57,477 nt of DNA from Candidatus Nealsonbacteria bacterium. GTDB taxonomy: Bacteria; Patescibacteriota; Minisyncoccia; Minisyncoccales; PWPS01. Positions within the stretch are counted from its first letter, which is position 1. Each line of letters starts with the position of its first letter. The stretch is taken from NCBI GenBank assembly GCA_003560095.1, contig PWJI01000018.1, positions 1 to 57,477 on the forward strand, written 5' to 3'. Below the pieces are notes generated by a model that was not told where the DNA came from, searched no databases, and saw nothing but the letters and a program-made list of their open reading frames with translations. Positions 1 to 8,979 of this stretch are shown piece after piece. The position numbers and the translations under genes are program-made.

Positions 1-801
1 ATTACCCTTTCTTATTCTTCTGAAGACATATTATCACCATCTCTTTTTATGGGATCGAGCAGAATAAGACAACTTTCTCAGGGAGCGGGAACTTATACGC
101 GCACAGGACTTTCTCCTGATACGGAATATACCTTTTATTTACGTGACGGACTTTTTGGTAGCTCCAATGAAATTGCCAGAGCGGTTTGTAGAACCAAGGA
201 TCGTGAAATTGATCCGGGAAAAGCAATGGATGTTTATAAAAAAGTAAGAAGCTTGGAAGAAGAAGGAGATTGGCTAAATAGCATTACAGTGGCTCCCGGA
301 GAAGAAATTTCTTTTTCCATTAAGGTAAGTGCCGGAGATAAAGATGTTTATGATATTTCTTTAAGAGATATTATGCCTGAAAATATCAACTACAAAGGAA
401 ATTTGAAAATTGACGGAGAAAGTGTTTCGGGAGATATTACTGATGGGATAATGATTGATCTTATCACTAAGAATCAATCAAAAACAATTTCTTTTGATGC
501 TCAAGTTGCCTCAAGAGATAACTTTGAGGTTGGAACCACAACACTAACCAACACAGTAAAAGCATCTTCCAAGAAAGACTCTCTTGAAGATACGGCAATA
601 ATAAAAGTTATTAAAGGCGAGGAAAAAGGACCTCCTACAGAGGCTCCAACCGGTATTACGGGAAACAAAGTAATTGATTACGGAGGAATTCCACTTACCC
701 TAATAACGATTATTTTTGCCCTCTTTAAAAGAAATGTTATTGAGCTTTTAGGGAGAGGAGAAGGAGTAAGAAAAGAAATTTTAGCAGAATGGATTTCGTA
801 A
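1..801 (+). CDS. Partial (5'-truncated) surface protein: FN3-like segment, DUF11-type repeat, C-terminal PTG motif and TM anchor
   Basis: Frame open from base 1; GLSPDTEYTFY (FN3-like); VAPGEEISFSIKV...LRDIMPENINY (DUF11-like); APTG followed by a hydrophobic tail. Confidence 0.65.
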   Translation: MTLSYSSEDILSPSLFMGSSRIRQLSQGAGTYTRTGLSPDTEYTFYLRDGLFGSSNEIARAVCRTKDREIDPGKAMDVYKKVRSLEEEGDWLNSITVAPGEEISFSIKVSAGDKDVYDISLRDIMPENINYKGNLKIDGESVSGDITDGIMIDLITKNQSKTISFDAQVASRDNFEVGTTTLTNTVKASSKKDSLEDTAIIKVIKGEEKGPPTEAPTGITGNKVIDYGGIPLTLITIIFALFKRNVIELLGRGEGVRKEILAEWIS

Positions 802-820
802 ATTTATCAGTTCTTTTGAA

Positions 821-857
821 ATAACAAAAAATCGCCCTTTGGGCGGTTTTTTGTTAT
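821..857. terminator. Intrinsic terminator, probably bidirectional
   Basis: ataacaaaaaatcgccc-ttt-gggcggttttttgttat inverted repeat with A and T tracts. Confidence 0.75.
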
Positions 858-867
858 AATAAGCAAT

Positions 868-1644
868 ATGCAAAAAAAAGAAAAAGAAAATGTAATGGCG
901 ATTTATAAGCCGGTGGGACAGTCTCCGCTTGATGCAATAAATTTTGTAAAAGAAAAAAACCTCAAACTAAAAAGGGAAAAAATAGGGTATGCCGGAAGAT
1001 TGGATCCTTTGGCTGAAGGAGTTGTTTTGCTCGTGAAAGGAGAAAGTTTAAAAAACTTTAAAGATTATTTGAGACTTGATAAAGAATACGAGGCAAAAAT
1101 TCTTTTTGGATTTACCACTGATACTTATGACATTCTTGGAATTGCTCAAAAAGGAGAAAGAAAAAAAATAGATAAAAAAGAAATTGAAAAGATTTTTAAA
1201 AAAATGGAAGGAGAGTTTTCTTTTTCTATTCCTCCTTTTTCTTCTTATAGAGTCAAGAAAAAGCCTCTTTTTTGGTGGGCAAGAGAGGGAAGGCTTTGCG
1301 AGATAGAGATTCCCCAAAAAGAGGCAAAAATCTACTCAATTAAGGTATTGCAAAGTGAGTTTATTACGGAAAAAAGACTTAAAGAAAAAATTTTAGAAAA
1401 GCTTATAAAAGTGAAAGGAGATTTTCGTCAAAATAGAATTATAGAAAACTGGGAAAAAATATTGGATGAAAGAAAACAAAATAAATACCTAGTGATAAGC
1501 TTGAAAATTTCTTGTAGTAGTGGTTGTTATATTAGAAGTATTGCCAATATAGCAGGAGAGAGTATGGGTACCGGAGGAACTCTTTTTCATTTAAAGAGAA
1601 CAAGAGTTGGAGATTACGGAATAAAAGACTGCATTAAATCGTAA
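868..1644 (+). CDS. truB: tRNA pseudouridine(55) synthase TruB-like, lacking the PUA tail
   Basis: YKPVGQSP, KIGYAGRLDPLAEGV (catalytic Asp), CSSGCYIRS, LKRTRVG. Confidence 0.85.
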   Translation: MQKKEKENVMAIYKPVGQSPLDAINFVKEKNLKLKREKIGYAGRLDPLAEGVVLLVKGESLKNFKDYLRLDKEYEAKILFGFTTDTYDILGIAQKGERKKIDKKEIEKIFKKMEGEFSFSIPPFSSYRVKKKPLFWWAREGRLCEIEIPQKEAKIYSIKVLQSEFITEKRLKEKILEKLIKVKGDFRQNRIIENWEKILDERKQNKYLVISLKISCSSGCYIRSIANIAGESMGTGGTLFHLKRTRVGDYGIKDCIKS

Positions 1645-1741
1645 AATAACTTGATTTTTAAGTTATTTTGCTTTATCTTATTTATTGATTTATAATTAAA
1701 AATATACGTAAAGTCTTTTGATTAAGCTAACAGAACAAAAT

Positions 1742-2644
1742 ATGCGCTATAAAGAAACAATTATTGGCTTTATTTTTGTCATAATAATGGCCGGAGGAAT
1801 ATTTTCCTTTTTCTACTTTTCGCTTGGAGACAGTGTGAGGGGTTTTGTTTCTGACTTTGTTGGAAAAGATTTTTCCGTGCAAATAAAGTCTCCTGACTCT
1901 ACGCAAGAATTAGACCACTTGGAAGATGAAACGTACTCTCCGGGACCTTTAGTTAAAGAAAATGAGGAAAATGGAGAAGGATTTTTAACAAGAGAAGGTA
2001 TCATTAAACAAACAAACAAACAACGTGAAAATTTTAATAGAGAAATTTTAAAAGAAAACTACAAGCTAAATGAAATTGCGCAGATAAAGCTGGATGATAT
2101 GTTTGAAGGCAATTACTTTGCGCATGTTTCTCCTTCGGGAGAAAGTGTTGGTGATATTGCAAAAAAATCAACTTACGAATTTTTATTTATTGGAGACAAT
2201 TTAGCAAAAGGAACTTATAGAGACGATGAAGATGTGGTTTTTGCCTGGATGGATAGTCCCGGTCATCGGCAAAATATTTTAAATGAAAGATATATGGAGA
2301 TAGGTGTGGCAGCGGGAAAGGGGATGTTTGAAGATAGAGAAATTTGGATGGCTGTTCAGGTTTTTTCTACACCTGTCTCTGCCTGCCCCGAAGTTGATGA
2401 ATCTCTTAAAGAAGAAATTGATAATAAAAAAAGACAAATTGAAGAAATAGTTGAAAAAAGAAGGCAGCTTGAAGAAGAAATTGATAATATAGATGAAAAA
2501 GGAGGGAGTCTTCATGCAGAAAAATCTTTTAAGTACAATCAACTCGGAAAAGAACACGATAAGGTTGTTACTTCCAAAAACAAGCTAATAGACGAGTATA
2601 ATTCTCAAGTAAGAGAAAGGCGAGCTTGTATTGATAATATGTAG
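1742..2644 (+). CDS. CAP/SCP domain protein with N-terminal TM and C-terminal coiled coil
   Basis: YFAHVSPSG, GDNLAKG, WMDSPGHRQNIL; ATG at 1742 preferred over TTG at 1718. Confidence 0.85.
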   Translation: MRYKETIIGFIFVIIMAGGIFSFFYFSLGDSVRGFVSDFVGKDFSVQIKSPDSTQELDHLEDETYSPGPLVKENEENGEGFLTREGIIKQTNKQRENFNREILKENYKLNEIAQIKLDDMFEGNYFAHVSPSGESVGDIAKKSTYEFLFIGDNLAKGTYRDDEDVVFAWMDSPGHRQNILNERYMEIGVAAGKGMFEDREIWMAVQVFSTPVSACPEVDESLKEEIDNKKRQIEEIVEKRRQLEEEIDNIDEKGGSLHAEKSFKYNQLGKEHDKVVTSKNKLIDEYNSQVRERRACIDNM

Positions 2645-2663
2645 GATAGAACTATTTTTTAAA

Positions 2664-3212
2664 ATGGATGTCAAAAAAATTATTGATAAGTATTATTTGA
2701 AAAATAATTCCGCTCGCAATGTTCTTTTATCTCACGGAAAAGCTGTTTCGCGTAAAGCCTTGGAAATTGCAGAAAAAAACAAGCATCTTAATCCCGATAT
2801 TCAATTTATTAAAGAAGCATCATTAGTGCATGATATGGGAATGATTTTAACCGATTCGCCGGAAATATTTTGTTATGGAGACAAAGAATACATTTTGCAT
2901 GGAGTTTTGGGAGCCGAGATTTTAAAAAAAGAGGGGCTTGAAAAGCACGCCCTTGTATGTGAAAGACATATTGGAGTGGGAATAACTTTAAGAGATATTA
3001 AAGAAAATAATCTTCCACTACCCAAAAGAGATATGATTCCAATATCAATAGAAGAAGAAATTATTTGTCTTGCCGATAAATTTTTTAGCAAAAAAAAGAA
3101 CAATTTTTTTACTGAAAAGACAATATCCGAGGTTATTAAAAAAATAGGTGGTCACGGTAAAGAAAAAGAAGAGAAAATAAATTTTTTATTAAAAAAATAT
3201 TCCTTAGTCTAA
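2664..3212 (+). CDS. HD-domain (HDIG) phosphohydrolase
   Basis: H...SLVHDMG...HGVLGAEIL...ERHIG...ADK. Confidence 0.85.
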   Translation: MDVKKIIDKYYLKNNSARNVLLSHGKAVSRKALEIAEKNKHLNPDIQFIKEASLVHDMGMILTDSPEIFCYGDKEYILHGVLGAEILKKEGLEKHALVCERHIGVGITLRDIKENNLPLPKRDMIPISIEEEIICLADKFFSKKKNNFFTEKTISEVIKKIGGHGKEKEEKINFLLKKYSLV

Positions 3213-3250
3213 TTAAGTAAAGTAGTTTATAAGGTTAAATTCAAAATTAA

Positions 3251-4411
3251 ATGTTTCAAGGAAAAGTAATAGGTGTTGCTATATTTTTCTTTTTTATTTT
3301 TGCGGGCCTCTTGTATTATTCGTTTGAGTACTCGGAAAAAATACAACTTATAAAAGCTGCAAGCAATATGCAAGGTCTTGATTCTTATACTGTGGAATTT
3401 GATGTAGCTATTGAAAACATAGAGGACGAAAAAAAGATGGGAAAATTTAATTTCACGGGAGAAATGAATGCGGATTTTGCCAATGAAAAAATGAGCGGAG
3501 ATATTTATTTTCGTGGAGATTTTCAAGAAATGGGAATGAATTTGGGAATTTCTCTTCCTCTTTCAATTGTTATTTATAAAGAAAATCTTTACTTAAAGGT
3601 AGAAAAATTGCCTTTTATGATAACGATGCTTATTCCACGTGAAATAAGTGAAAAAGCAGTAGGGGAGTGGATTTTTGTCTCCCTTGAAGATATTGAAGAA
3701 TTAGAGGGGGGAGAAGATATAGATGAAAAAGAAATAGAAGAAGCGGCTCACAAGCTTGTAGAGAGTTTTTTGAAAAGAGACATACTTTTGATAAAAGGCG
3801 AAGAAAGGGAGTACTTAGATGGCAAAGAAGTGAGTAAGTATGAGATTAATATTGACACAAAAGAGTTTATCGATTTTCTAGAAGAAGATCTATACTATTT
3901 TATAGGAAAAATAGGAGTTGAGGATTTTGATGATTTTATAAAAGAGGAAGAAGAGAGGCAAAAAATAGTCGAAGTAATTGAAAGCTTGCAAGAAAATATG
4001 AGTGTTTATGTTTGGGCGGATGAAAATTATATTTACAAGATAAATTTTGATTTTGAAATTGGAAAAGAAGAAGCCAAAAGCTCTACTACTTTAATTTCCT
4101 CAAATTTTAGGTTTAAAAACTTTAATAAAAGTTTTGGTATTGAGCCGCCGGAAAATTTTATTCCAATGGAAGATCTTACGGATGCGTTAAATTTTATTTC
4201 CTTCTTTAGAGAAGAAGATGACCATTATAAAAAAAGAGAAGGAAAAGAGGAAGGAGTCAAAGAAAATAAAGATTTTTTAGAAATAATTAACGTAGAGGAA
4301 AAAGAAGAGGAAAATAATTTTCCCGAAGATATAAATGAAGAAAAACTAGACTCACAAAGCCACCCTCAAGATAAATCGGGAATAAAAAATTTAAATAAAT
4401 TTGCCTTTTAA
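3251..4411 (+). CDS. Membrane-anchored hypothetical protein, possibly LolA/LppX-like beta fold
   Basis: N-terminal TM; beta-rich body ending FKNFNKSFGIEPPEN; acidic tail. Confidence 0.55.
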   Translation: MFQGKVIGVAIFFFFIFAGLLYYSFEYSEKIQLIKAASNMQGLDSYTVEFDVAIENIEDEKKMGKFNFTGEMNADFANEKMSGDIYFRGDFQEMGMNLGISLPLSIVIYKENLYLKVEKLPFMITMLIPREISEKAVGEWIFVSLEDIEELEGGEDIDEKEIEEAAHKLVESFLKRDILLIKGEEREYLDGKEVSKYEINIDTKEFIDFLEEDLYYFIGKIGVEDFDDFIKEEEERQKIVEVIESLQENMSVYVWADENYIYKINFDFEIGKEEAKSSTTLISSNFRFKNFNKSFGIEPPENFIPMEDLTDALNFISFFREEDDHYKKREGKEEGVKENKDFLEIINVEEKEEENNFPEDINEEKLDSQSHPQDKSGIKNLNKFAF

Positions 4412-4437
4412 AAATCCCGTAAAAAGCGGGATTTTTT
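4410..4437 (+). terminator. Intrinsic terminator
   Basis: aaaaatcccg-taaaaag-cgggatttttt. Confidence 0.7.
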
Positions 4438-4487
4438 CCTTAAAATTTTTATACTCTAAAAAGGCAAGTACTTTTATAAAATACAAC

Positions 4488-5288
4488 ATGAAATCAAGAA
4501 AAAAAATTAAAATTGGTTTGGCACTGGGAAGTGGAGGCGCAAAAGGTCTTTCGCATATAGGAGTGATTAAAGTACTTGAAAAAAACAATATATCAATTGA
4601 CTATGTTGCCGGATCAAGCATAGGTGCTTTGGTGGGGGGAGCTTATGCAGCGACAAAAGATATAAGAAAAATAGAAAAGGTAGTTTTGGATGCTGACTTA
4701 AGAAAAGCTTTTTCTTTGATTGATCCGGCGTTAAGGAGTGGGCTTATTGGAGGAAAAAAAGTAAAAGACTTTATTGAAAGCCAAACAAAAGAAAAAAAAA
4801 TTGAAGATCTTTTGATTCCTTTTTCCGTAGTGGCTACCGATTTAAAAAATGGCGAATCTGTTATTATAAAAAAAGGTGATGCTGCGCAGGCAATAAGAGC
4901 AAGCATTTCTTTTCCTTTAGTATTTAAGCCAATTAAGATTAAAAAAAGAGTTCTTGGAGATGGAGGACTTTCTCTTCCTGTTCCCGTGAGGGTGGTAAAA
5001 GAAATGGGAGCAGATGTTGTTATTGCTGTTAATTTGGATAGTAATTACTTTGACCGAAGAAATGTGCGTGAAAAATTAGGATTTTACGGTGTTGCCAGCA
5101 ATTCTTTAAATATTTTACGTTTTCATTTGGCAGAAAATAATACAAAAGAGGCTGATGTAACAATTTTGCCCAAGACGGGGAACATTTCTTGGAGTAAATT
5201 TATCAAGGGAAAGGATGTTATTGCCAGCGGAGAAAAGGCAGCAAAAAGGAAGATAAATCACTTAAAAAGAGTAATTGAAGAAAGTTGA
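4488..5288 (+). CDS. Patatin-like phospholipase (RssA/NTE family)
   Basis: LALGSGGAKG, GSSIG nucleophile motif, DGG; start set at ATG 4488, after the terminator. Confidence 0.9.
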   Translation: MKSRKKIKIGLALGSGGAKGLSHIGVIKVLEKNNISIDYVAGSSIGALVGGAYAATKDIRKIEKVVLDADLRKAFSLIDPALRSGLIGGKKVKDFIESQTKEKKIEDLLIPFSVVATDLKNGESVIIKKGDAAQAIRASISFPLVFKPIKIKKRVLGDGGLSLPVPVRVVKEMGADVVIAVNLDSNYFDRRNVREKLGFYGVASNSLNILRFHLAENNTKEADVTILPKTGNISWSKFIKGKDVIASGEKAAKRKINHLKRVIEES

Positions 5289-5339
5289 TATTTTTATCTT
5301 CTTTGTTAAACTGAAATAATACTATATATAGATAGGAAT

Positions 5340-6083
5340 ATGATAAAAGGAAAAAAGAGCATAATTGTTTTTTTGGTTATTGTTTTGTTTTTTGGTATCT
5401 TTTACTTTTATCTTAGAGAAGGGGATCCCGAAAAAGAAGAAGATGATGATATTTATGTTGGAGAAGTTTATGAAAGTGAAGAGTTTGGTTACTCTATTAT
5501 TTATCCCCGAGAATGGGAATTAAACGAAGATGTTACTCTTTCTTTTTTTCATCATGCCCTAAGAGAAGATTATTATTCTCAAAGAAAAATAGACTTTAAT
5601 ACTTACTATCAGGTTTCCGGAGTTAATTTTTCAGGAAAATCTCCTCTTGTTTATATCGATGGTGAGATTGGTTATAATATCGAAAAGAGAGTTTATATAA
5701 ATATCAATCTTTTTACGGCAAGACAGTGGTATGATGTTGCGGCCACCGCTGATGCACGAGATGACGGAAAAATAAGCTCTGCTGATTTTATAAGAAGAAC
5801 TAATCAAATAATAGAAGAGGGGGATGTGCAAGAGGACAGAGAGAAAATATTTGATCCTTGGATGACTCAAGGGCATGAAATTAAGGTGGGAGATAAAAAT
5901 GTTTTGAAAGTTACAAAAGAAGGAGATCACCGTTACGATGGTTATCAGTATTATATTTTTTCTTATGGAAGATATATTTTTGTTTTTAGGTTTGGTTACG
6001 GAGGACCTGTGTTGCCGCGGGAAATGTGGCATAGAAATGACAATCACGTGAAAGAAATAATAGCATCAATGGAATTATTTTAG
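5340..6083 (+). CDS. Membrane-anchored hypothetical protein with PsbP-like segment
   Basis: N-terminal TM; YESEEFGYSIIYPREW resembles PsbP-related starts. Confidence 0.55.
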   Translation: MIKGKKSIIVFLVIVLFFGIFYFYLREGDPEKEEDDDIYVGEVYESEEFGYSIIYPREWELNEDVTLSFFHHALREDYYSQRKIDFNTYYQVSGVNFSGKSPLVYIDGEIGYNIEKRVYININLFTARQWYDVAATADARDDGKISSADFIRRTNQIIEEGDVQEDREKIFDPWMTQGHEIKVGDKNVLKVTKEGDHRYDGYQYYIFSYGRYIFVFRFGYGGPVLPREMWHRNDNHVKEIIASMELF

Positions 6084-6141
6084 CTACAATAAAGTCATCA
6101 TTCTCGCATAATTAATAATTAGAAGTAGCTTTTTTTATTTT

Positions 6142-6537
6142 ATGGACCCTGAAAGATTTGAAAAATTGGTTAAAGAAGCTGTAAAAGAGCTTCCTAAAGA
6201 GGTTAGAGAAAAAATGGACAATGTTGCAATTTGCGTTGAAGAAAAACCAAGTCGCTATATTGAAAGAAAAAGGGGAGGAGTTCGTAAAAATAGTTTTTTG
6301 TTGGGTTTTTATCAAGGAGTTCCCAAAAATGTGTGGGGGAGAGGTTTTGGCGGAAATTTACCCGACAAAATTACCATTTTTCAAGAATCAATCGAGAGAT
6401 TTGCAAAAACAGAAGAAAAAATAAAAAAAACGGTAAAAAGAACGGTGTATCACGAAATAGCACATCATTTTGGCTTTAGTGAGGCGCAGGTAAGAAAATT
6501 AGAAAAAAACTTTTATGAAAAAAATAGAAATAATTAG
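6142..6537 (+). CDS. Minimal zincin metallopeptidase (Zincin_1/DUF1025)
   Basis: LLGFYQGVP, PDKITIF, TVYHEIAHHFG. Confidence 0.9.
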   Translation: MDPERFEKLVKEAVKELPKEVREKMDNVAICVEEKPSRYIERKRGGVRKNSFLLGFYQGVPKNVWGRGFGGNLPDKITIFQESIERFAKTEEKIKKTVKRTVYHEIAHHFGFSEAQVRKLEKNFYEKNRNN

Positions 6538-6940
6538 CAGAGCAGTTATTTTAAAAAAAGAAGGATTTTTATTGTGCAAAGAAAAAAATAATGACTACTA
6601 TTTTTTTCCGGGAGGGCATGTTGAATTTAATGAATTTTCAAAAAAAGCATTAAAAAGAGAGTTTCAGGAAGAACTTTCCTTGAAGGTAAATGAATTAAAG
6701 CTTATTGGTGTTGTTGAAAATATTTACTTTTCGAAAGGCACGAAAAGGCAAGAAGTTAACTTTGTTTATTTTACAAACTCCAAAGAAGTAGAATTAAAAA
6801 GCAGGGAAGAGCATATTGATTTTTTTCTTATCAAAGAAAAGGACTTTCAAAAAGAAGACGTACGACCGAAAAAATTGAAAAATGAAATAATAAAATGGAG
6901 AAAGAATAAGAAATTTTTTCATATAATGGTAAAAGATTAG
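6515..6940 (+). CDS. NUDIX hydrolase
   Basis: PGGHVEFNEFSKKALKREFQEEL Nudix box. Confidence 0.9.
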   Translation: MKKIEIISRAVILKKEGFLLCKEKNNDYYFFPGGHVEFNEFSKKALKREFQEELSLKVNELKLIGVVENIYFSKGTKRQEVNFVYFTNSKEVELKSREEHIDFFLIKEKDFQKEDVRPKKLKNEIIKWRKNKKFFHIMVKD

Positions 6941-7120
6941 ATGTCTTTTAATATAAAATGGTGGCAACTTATTTTTTACGAAACTGCTGTTTTGTCACTC
7001 GGTATTGTTTTGGGATCTTATTGGAGTGATTTTTTCTTTGACTACATATACTTGTTTCTTTTTCTTTTTGCTGTTTGTGGTTTATACACTTTGCACGTAC
7101 TTACAAGTCAAATAAAATAG
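6941..7120 (+). CDS. Small two-TM membrane protein (59 aa), below the ORF-track cutoff
   Basis: Hand translation MSFNIKWWQLIFYETAVLSLGIVLGSYWSDFFFDYIYLFLFLFAVCGLYTLHVLTSQIK; fills the gap between its neighbours. Confidence 0.7.
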   Translation: MSFNIKWWQLIFYETAVLSLGIVLGSYWSDFFFDYIYLFLFLFAVCGLYTLHVLTSQIK

Positions 7121-7127
7121 ATTTATA

Positions 7128-7898
7128 ATGTCTCAATATTATAAAGGAAAAAGAACCAGAAATATTTATAATCCAAAGGAGGAAAAGCCTTTTAAGTTAA
7201 GTAGGTCAAAAATAGATCTTTTTTTAAATTGCCCTCAATGCTTTTACATTGATAGAAGGCTTGGTGTGGGAACTCCTCCGGGATTTCCTTTTGCAATAAA
7301 TTCTGCTGTTGATAAATTACTCAAGCAAGAATTCGATGGTCATCGAGAAGAAGAAACAAAGCATCCTCTTTTGGAAAAGTATAAAATAGACGCTATTCCC
7401 GCAAAACACGAAAATATTGAGGATTGGCGAGAAAACTTTAAAGGCGTGCAATTTCATCATAAGCCAACAAATTTTATTATTAGTGGAGCAATTGATGATT
7501 TGTGGATTTCCAATTCGGGGGAGTATATTGTAGTTGATTATAAAGCTACAAGCAAGGAAGAAGATATTGTGGAGTTAAACAAGGAGTGGCAAGACTCTTA
7601 TAAGAGGCAAATGGAAGTTTATCAATGGCTTTTAAGAAAGAATAATCTCGAAGTTTCCGATACGGGTTATTTTGTCTATTGTAACGGAAGAACGGATAAA
7701 GAGGCTTTTGATGGTAAAATAGAATTTGATATTACCCTTATACCCTATGAAGGTGATGACTCTTGGATAGAAAAAGAGCTTTACAAAATCAAAGAAGTGC
7801 TTGACTCAGAAATTGTTCCAAAATCAGACCCGGAATGTGATTTTTGTCTTTACAGAAATGAAGCAAATAAAGCGTTAAAAGAAAAAGGCGTGTATTGA
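7128..7898 (+). CDS. PD-(D/E)XK nuclease family protein (RecB/Cas4-like fold)
   Basis: LSRSKIDLFLNCPQC, GAIDD, VVDYKAT, QMEVYQW, CDFC. Confidence 0.85.
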   Translation: MSQYYKGKRTRNIYNPKEEKPFKLSRSKIDLFLNCPQCFYIDRRLGVGTPPGFPFAINSAVDKLLKQEFDGHREEETKHPLLEKYKIDAIPAKHENIEDWRENFKGVQFHHKPTNFIISGAIDDLWISNSGEYIVVDYKATSKEEDIVELNKEWQDSYKRQMEVYQWLLRKNNLEVSDTGYFVYCNGRTDKEAFDGKIEFDITLIPYEGDDSWIEKELYKIKEVLDSEIVPKSDPECDFCLYRNEANKALKEKGVY

Positions 7899-7983
7899 TT
7901 TTTTGAAAAAAGTTTGTAAAATAAAAAGTAGAGGGATTTTAGGGTTTTTTGCTCATTATCAAAAAAAAGGGAGATGATTTTTT

Positions 7984-8394
7984 TTGCTAGAAAAGAAAGT
8001 TTACAGTAGTTCCAGTTGTAGAAACGAAGCGGCAATCGAGAGTCAGGACCCTGCAAGGGAAGAGTATATAAAAAAATATATAGAAAAATCTCTTAGCAGG
8101 CCCGGAGAAAGGTTGGTTCTCGAGATGGAGGCAAGTATTTCCTTGTGTAGTGGAGAAGCTCACGAGGATTGTTTTAAAATGTGTATTGGTAATTGCGATG
8201 AGGCCGATACATGCTTTGGAAAGATTATTGTAAAAGATAATCTTTCGCGTTCCATTTTTGAACATGATCTTGTTGTCGTTGATAAGGATACACCAATCGG
8301 AGTAAAGCTATTAGCGGCAAAAGAAAACGAAATAGTTCAATTTCGGGATGCGGATAAAAGACTTTATATGATAAGAATAATAGGCAAGCCGTAA
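7984..8394 (+). CDS. Hypothetical Cys-rich protein with GreA/GreB C-terminal-like segment
   Basis: TPIGVKLLAAKENEIVQF resembles the Gre motif SPIGxALLG; SD agggag at 7968-7973. Confidence 0.5.
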   Translation: MLEKKVYSSSSCRNEAAIESQDPAREEYIKKYIEKSLSRPGERLVLEMEASISLCSGEAHEDCFKMCIGNCDEADTCFGKIIVKDNLSRSIFEHDLVVVDKDTPIGVKLLAAKENEIVQFRDADKRLYMIRIIGKP

Positions 8395-8421
8395 AAAAAA
8401 TAGAGCAAAAAACCCTATAAC

Positions 8422-8449
8422 AAAGGGGAGTTACGAAAACTCCTCTTTT
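8422..8449 (+). terminator. Intrinsic terminator
   Basis: aaaggggagtt-acgaa-aactcctctttt. Confidence 0.6.
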
Positions 8450-8508
8450 CCTTTGTGAGGGCAATAAAAACAATTGACACTAAGCTTTTTTTGTGTCAGT
8501 ATATACAC

Positions 8509-8957
8509 GCCCAAGCAAGCAAGGTAATCGCTCTTTGATTTAAGCTTTTTTGTTAAAATAAGTTTAACAAAGAGAGGAAAGTCCGAACACTCCCCCTGAG
8601 CTTGTCAAAGGGGAGCAAGGTAGCGGGTAATTCCCGTCCGCCGTGAGGCGAGGGGTGCGAGCAGAGACGCCTTTTTCTGGAAAGAAGAGGGCGTCCCACA
8701 AAGCCCGAAAGGGCGTAGTGGGACGAATTGAGCCATAAGGTATTTTACCAAAAGCTCAGCTGAAACGGCTAAATCCCTACCCGAGTGCAAGAGCAAGCAT
8801 GCTGGACGCATACATATGTGTGTTTTAGCAGGGTGGCTCGCTTAGAGCTTTGAAGTAATTCAAAGTCAAAGATAAATGATTACCTCTCTTTTTATTTGCT
8901 TTTATTTGAAAGTAAGATTAAAAGAGTTACAGAATTCGGCTTATTGCTTGCTTGGGC
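8509..8957 (+). ncRNA. rnpB: RNase P RNA
   Basis: P1 gcccaagcaagcaa/ttgcttgcttgggc; GAGGAAAGTCCGAA and ACAGAATTCGGCTTA (P4); tgaaacggctaaatcc...ccgagtgcaa; ttgaca at 8474 upstream. Confidence 0.95.
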
Positions 8958-8979
8958 TTTTTATATTTAAATTGAGATA

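Noticed and set aside
7128..7898. Cas4 / CRISPR-Cas locus
   Set aside because: No cas1/cas2 and no repeat-spacer array in the window; the C-terminus has only CxxC rather than the three-Cys Cas4 cluster, so it is treated as a solo PD-(D/E)XK nuclease
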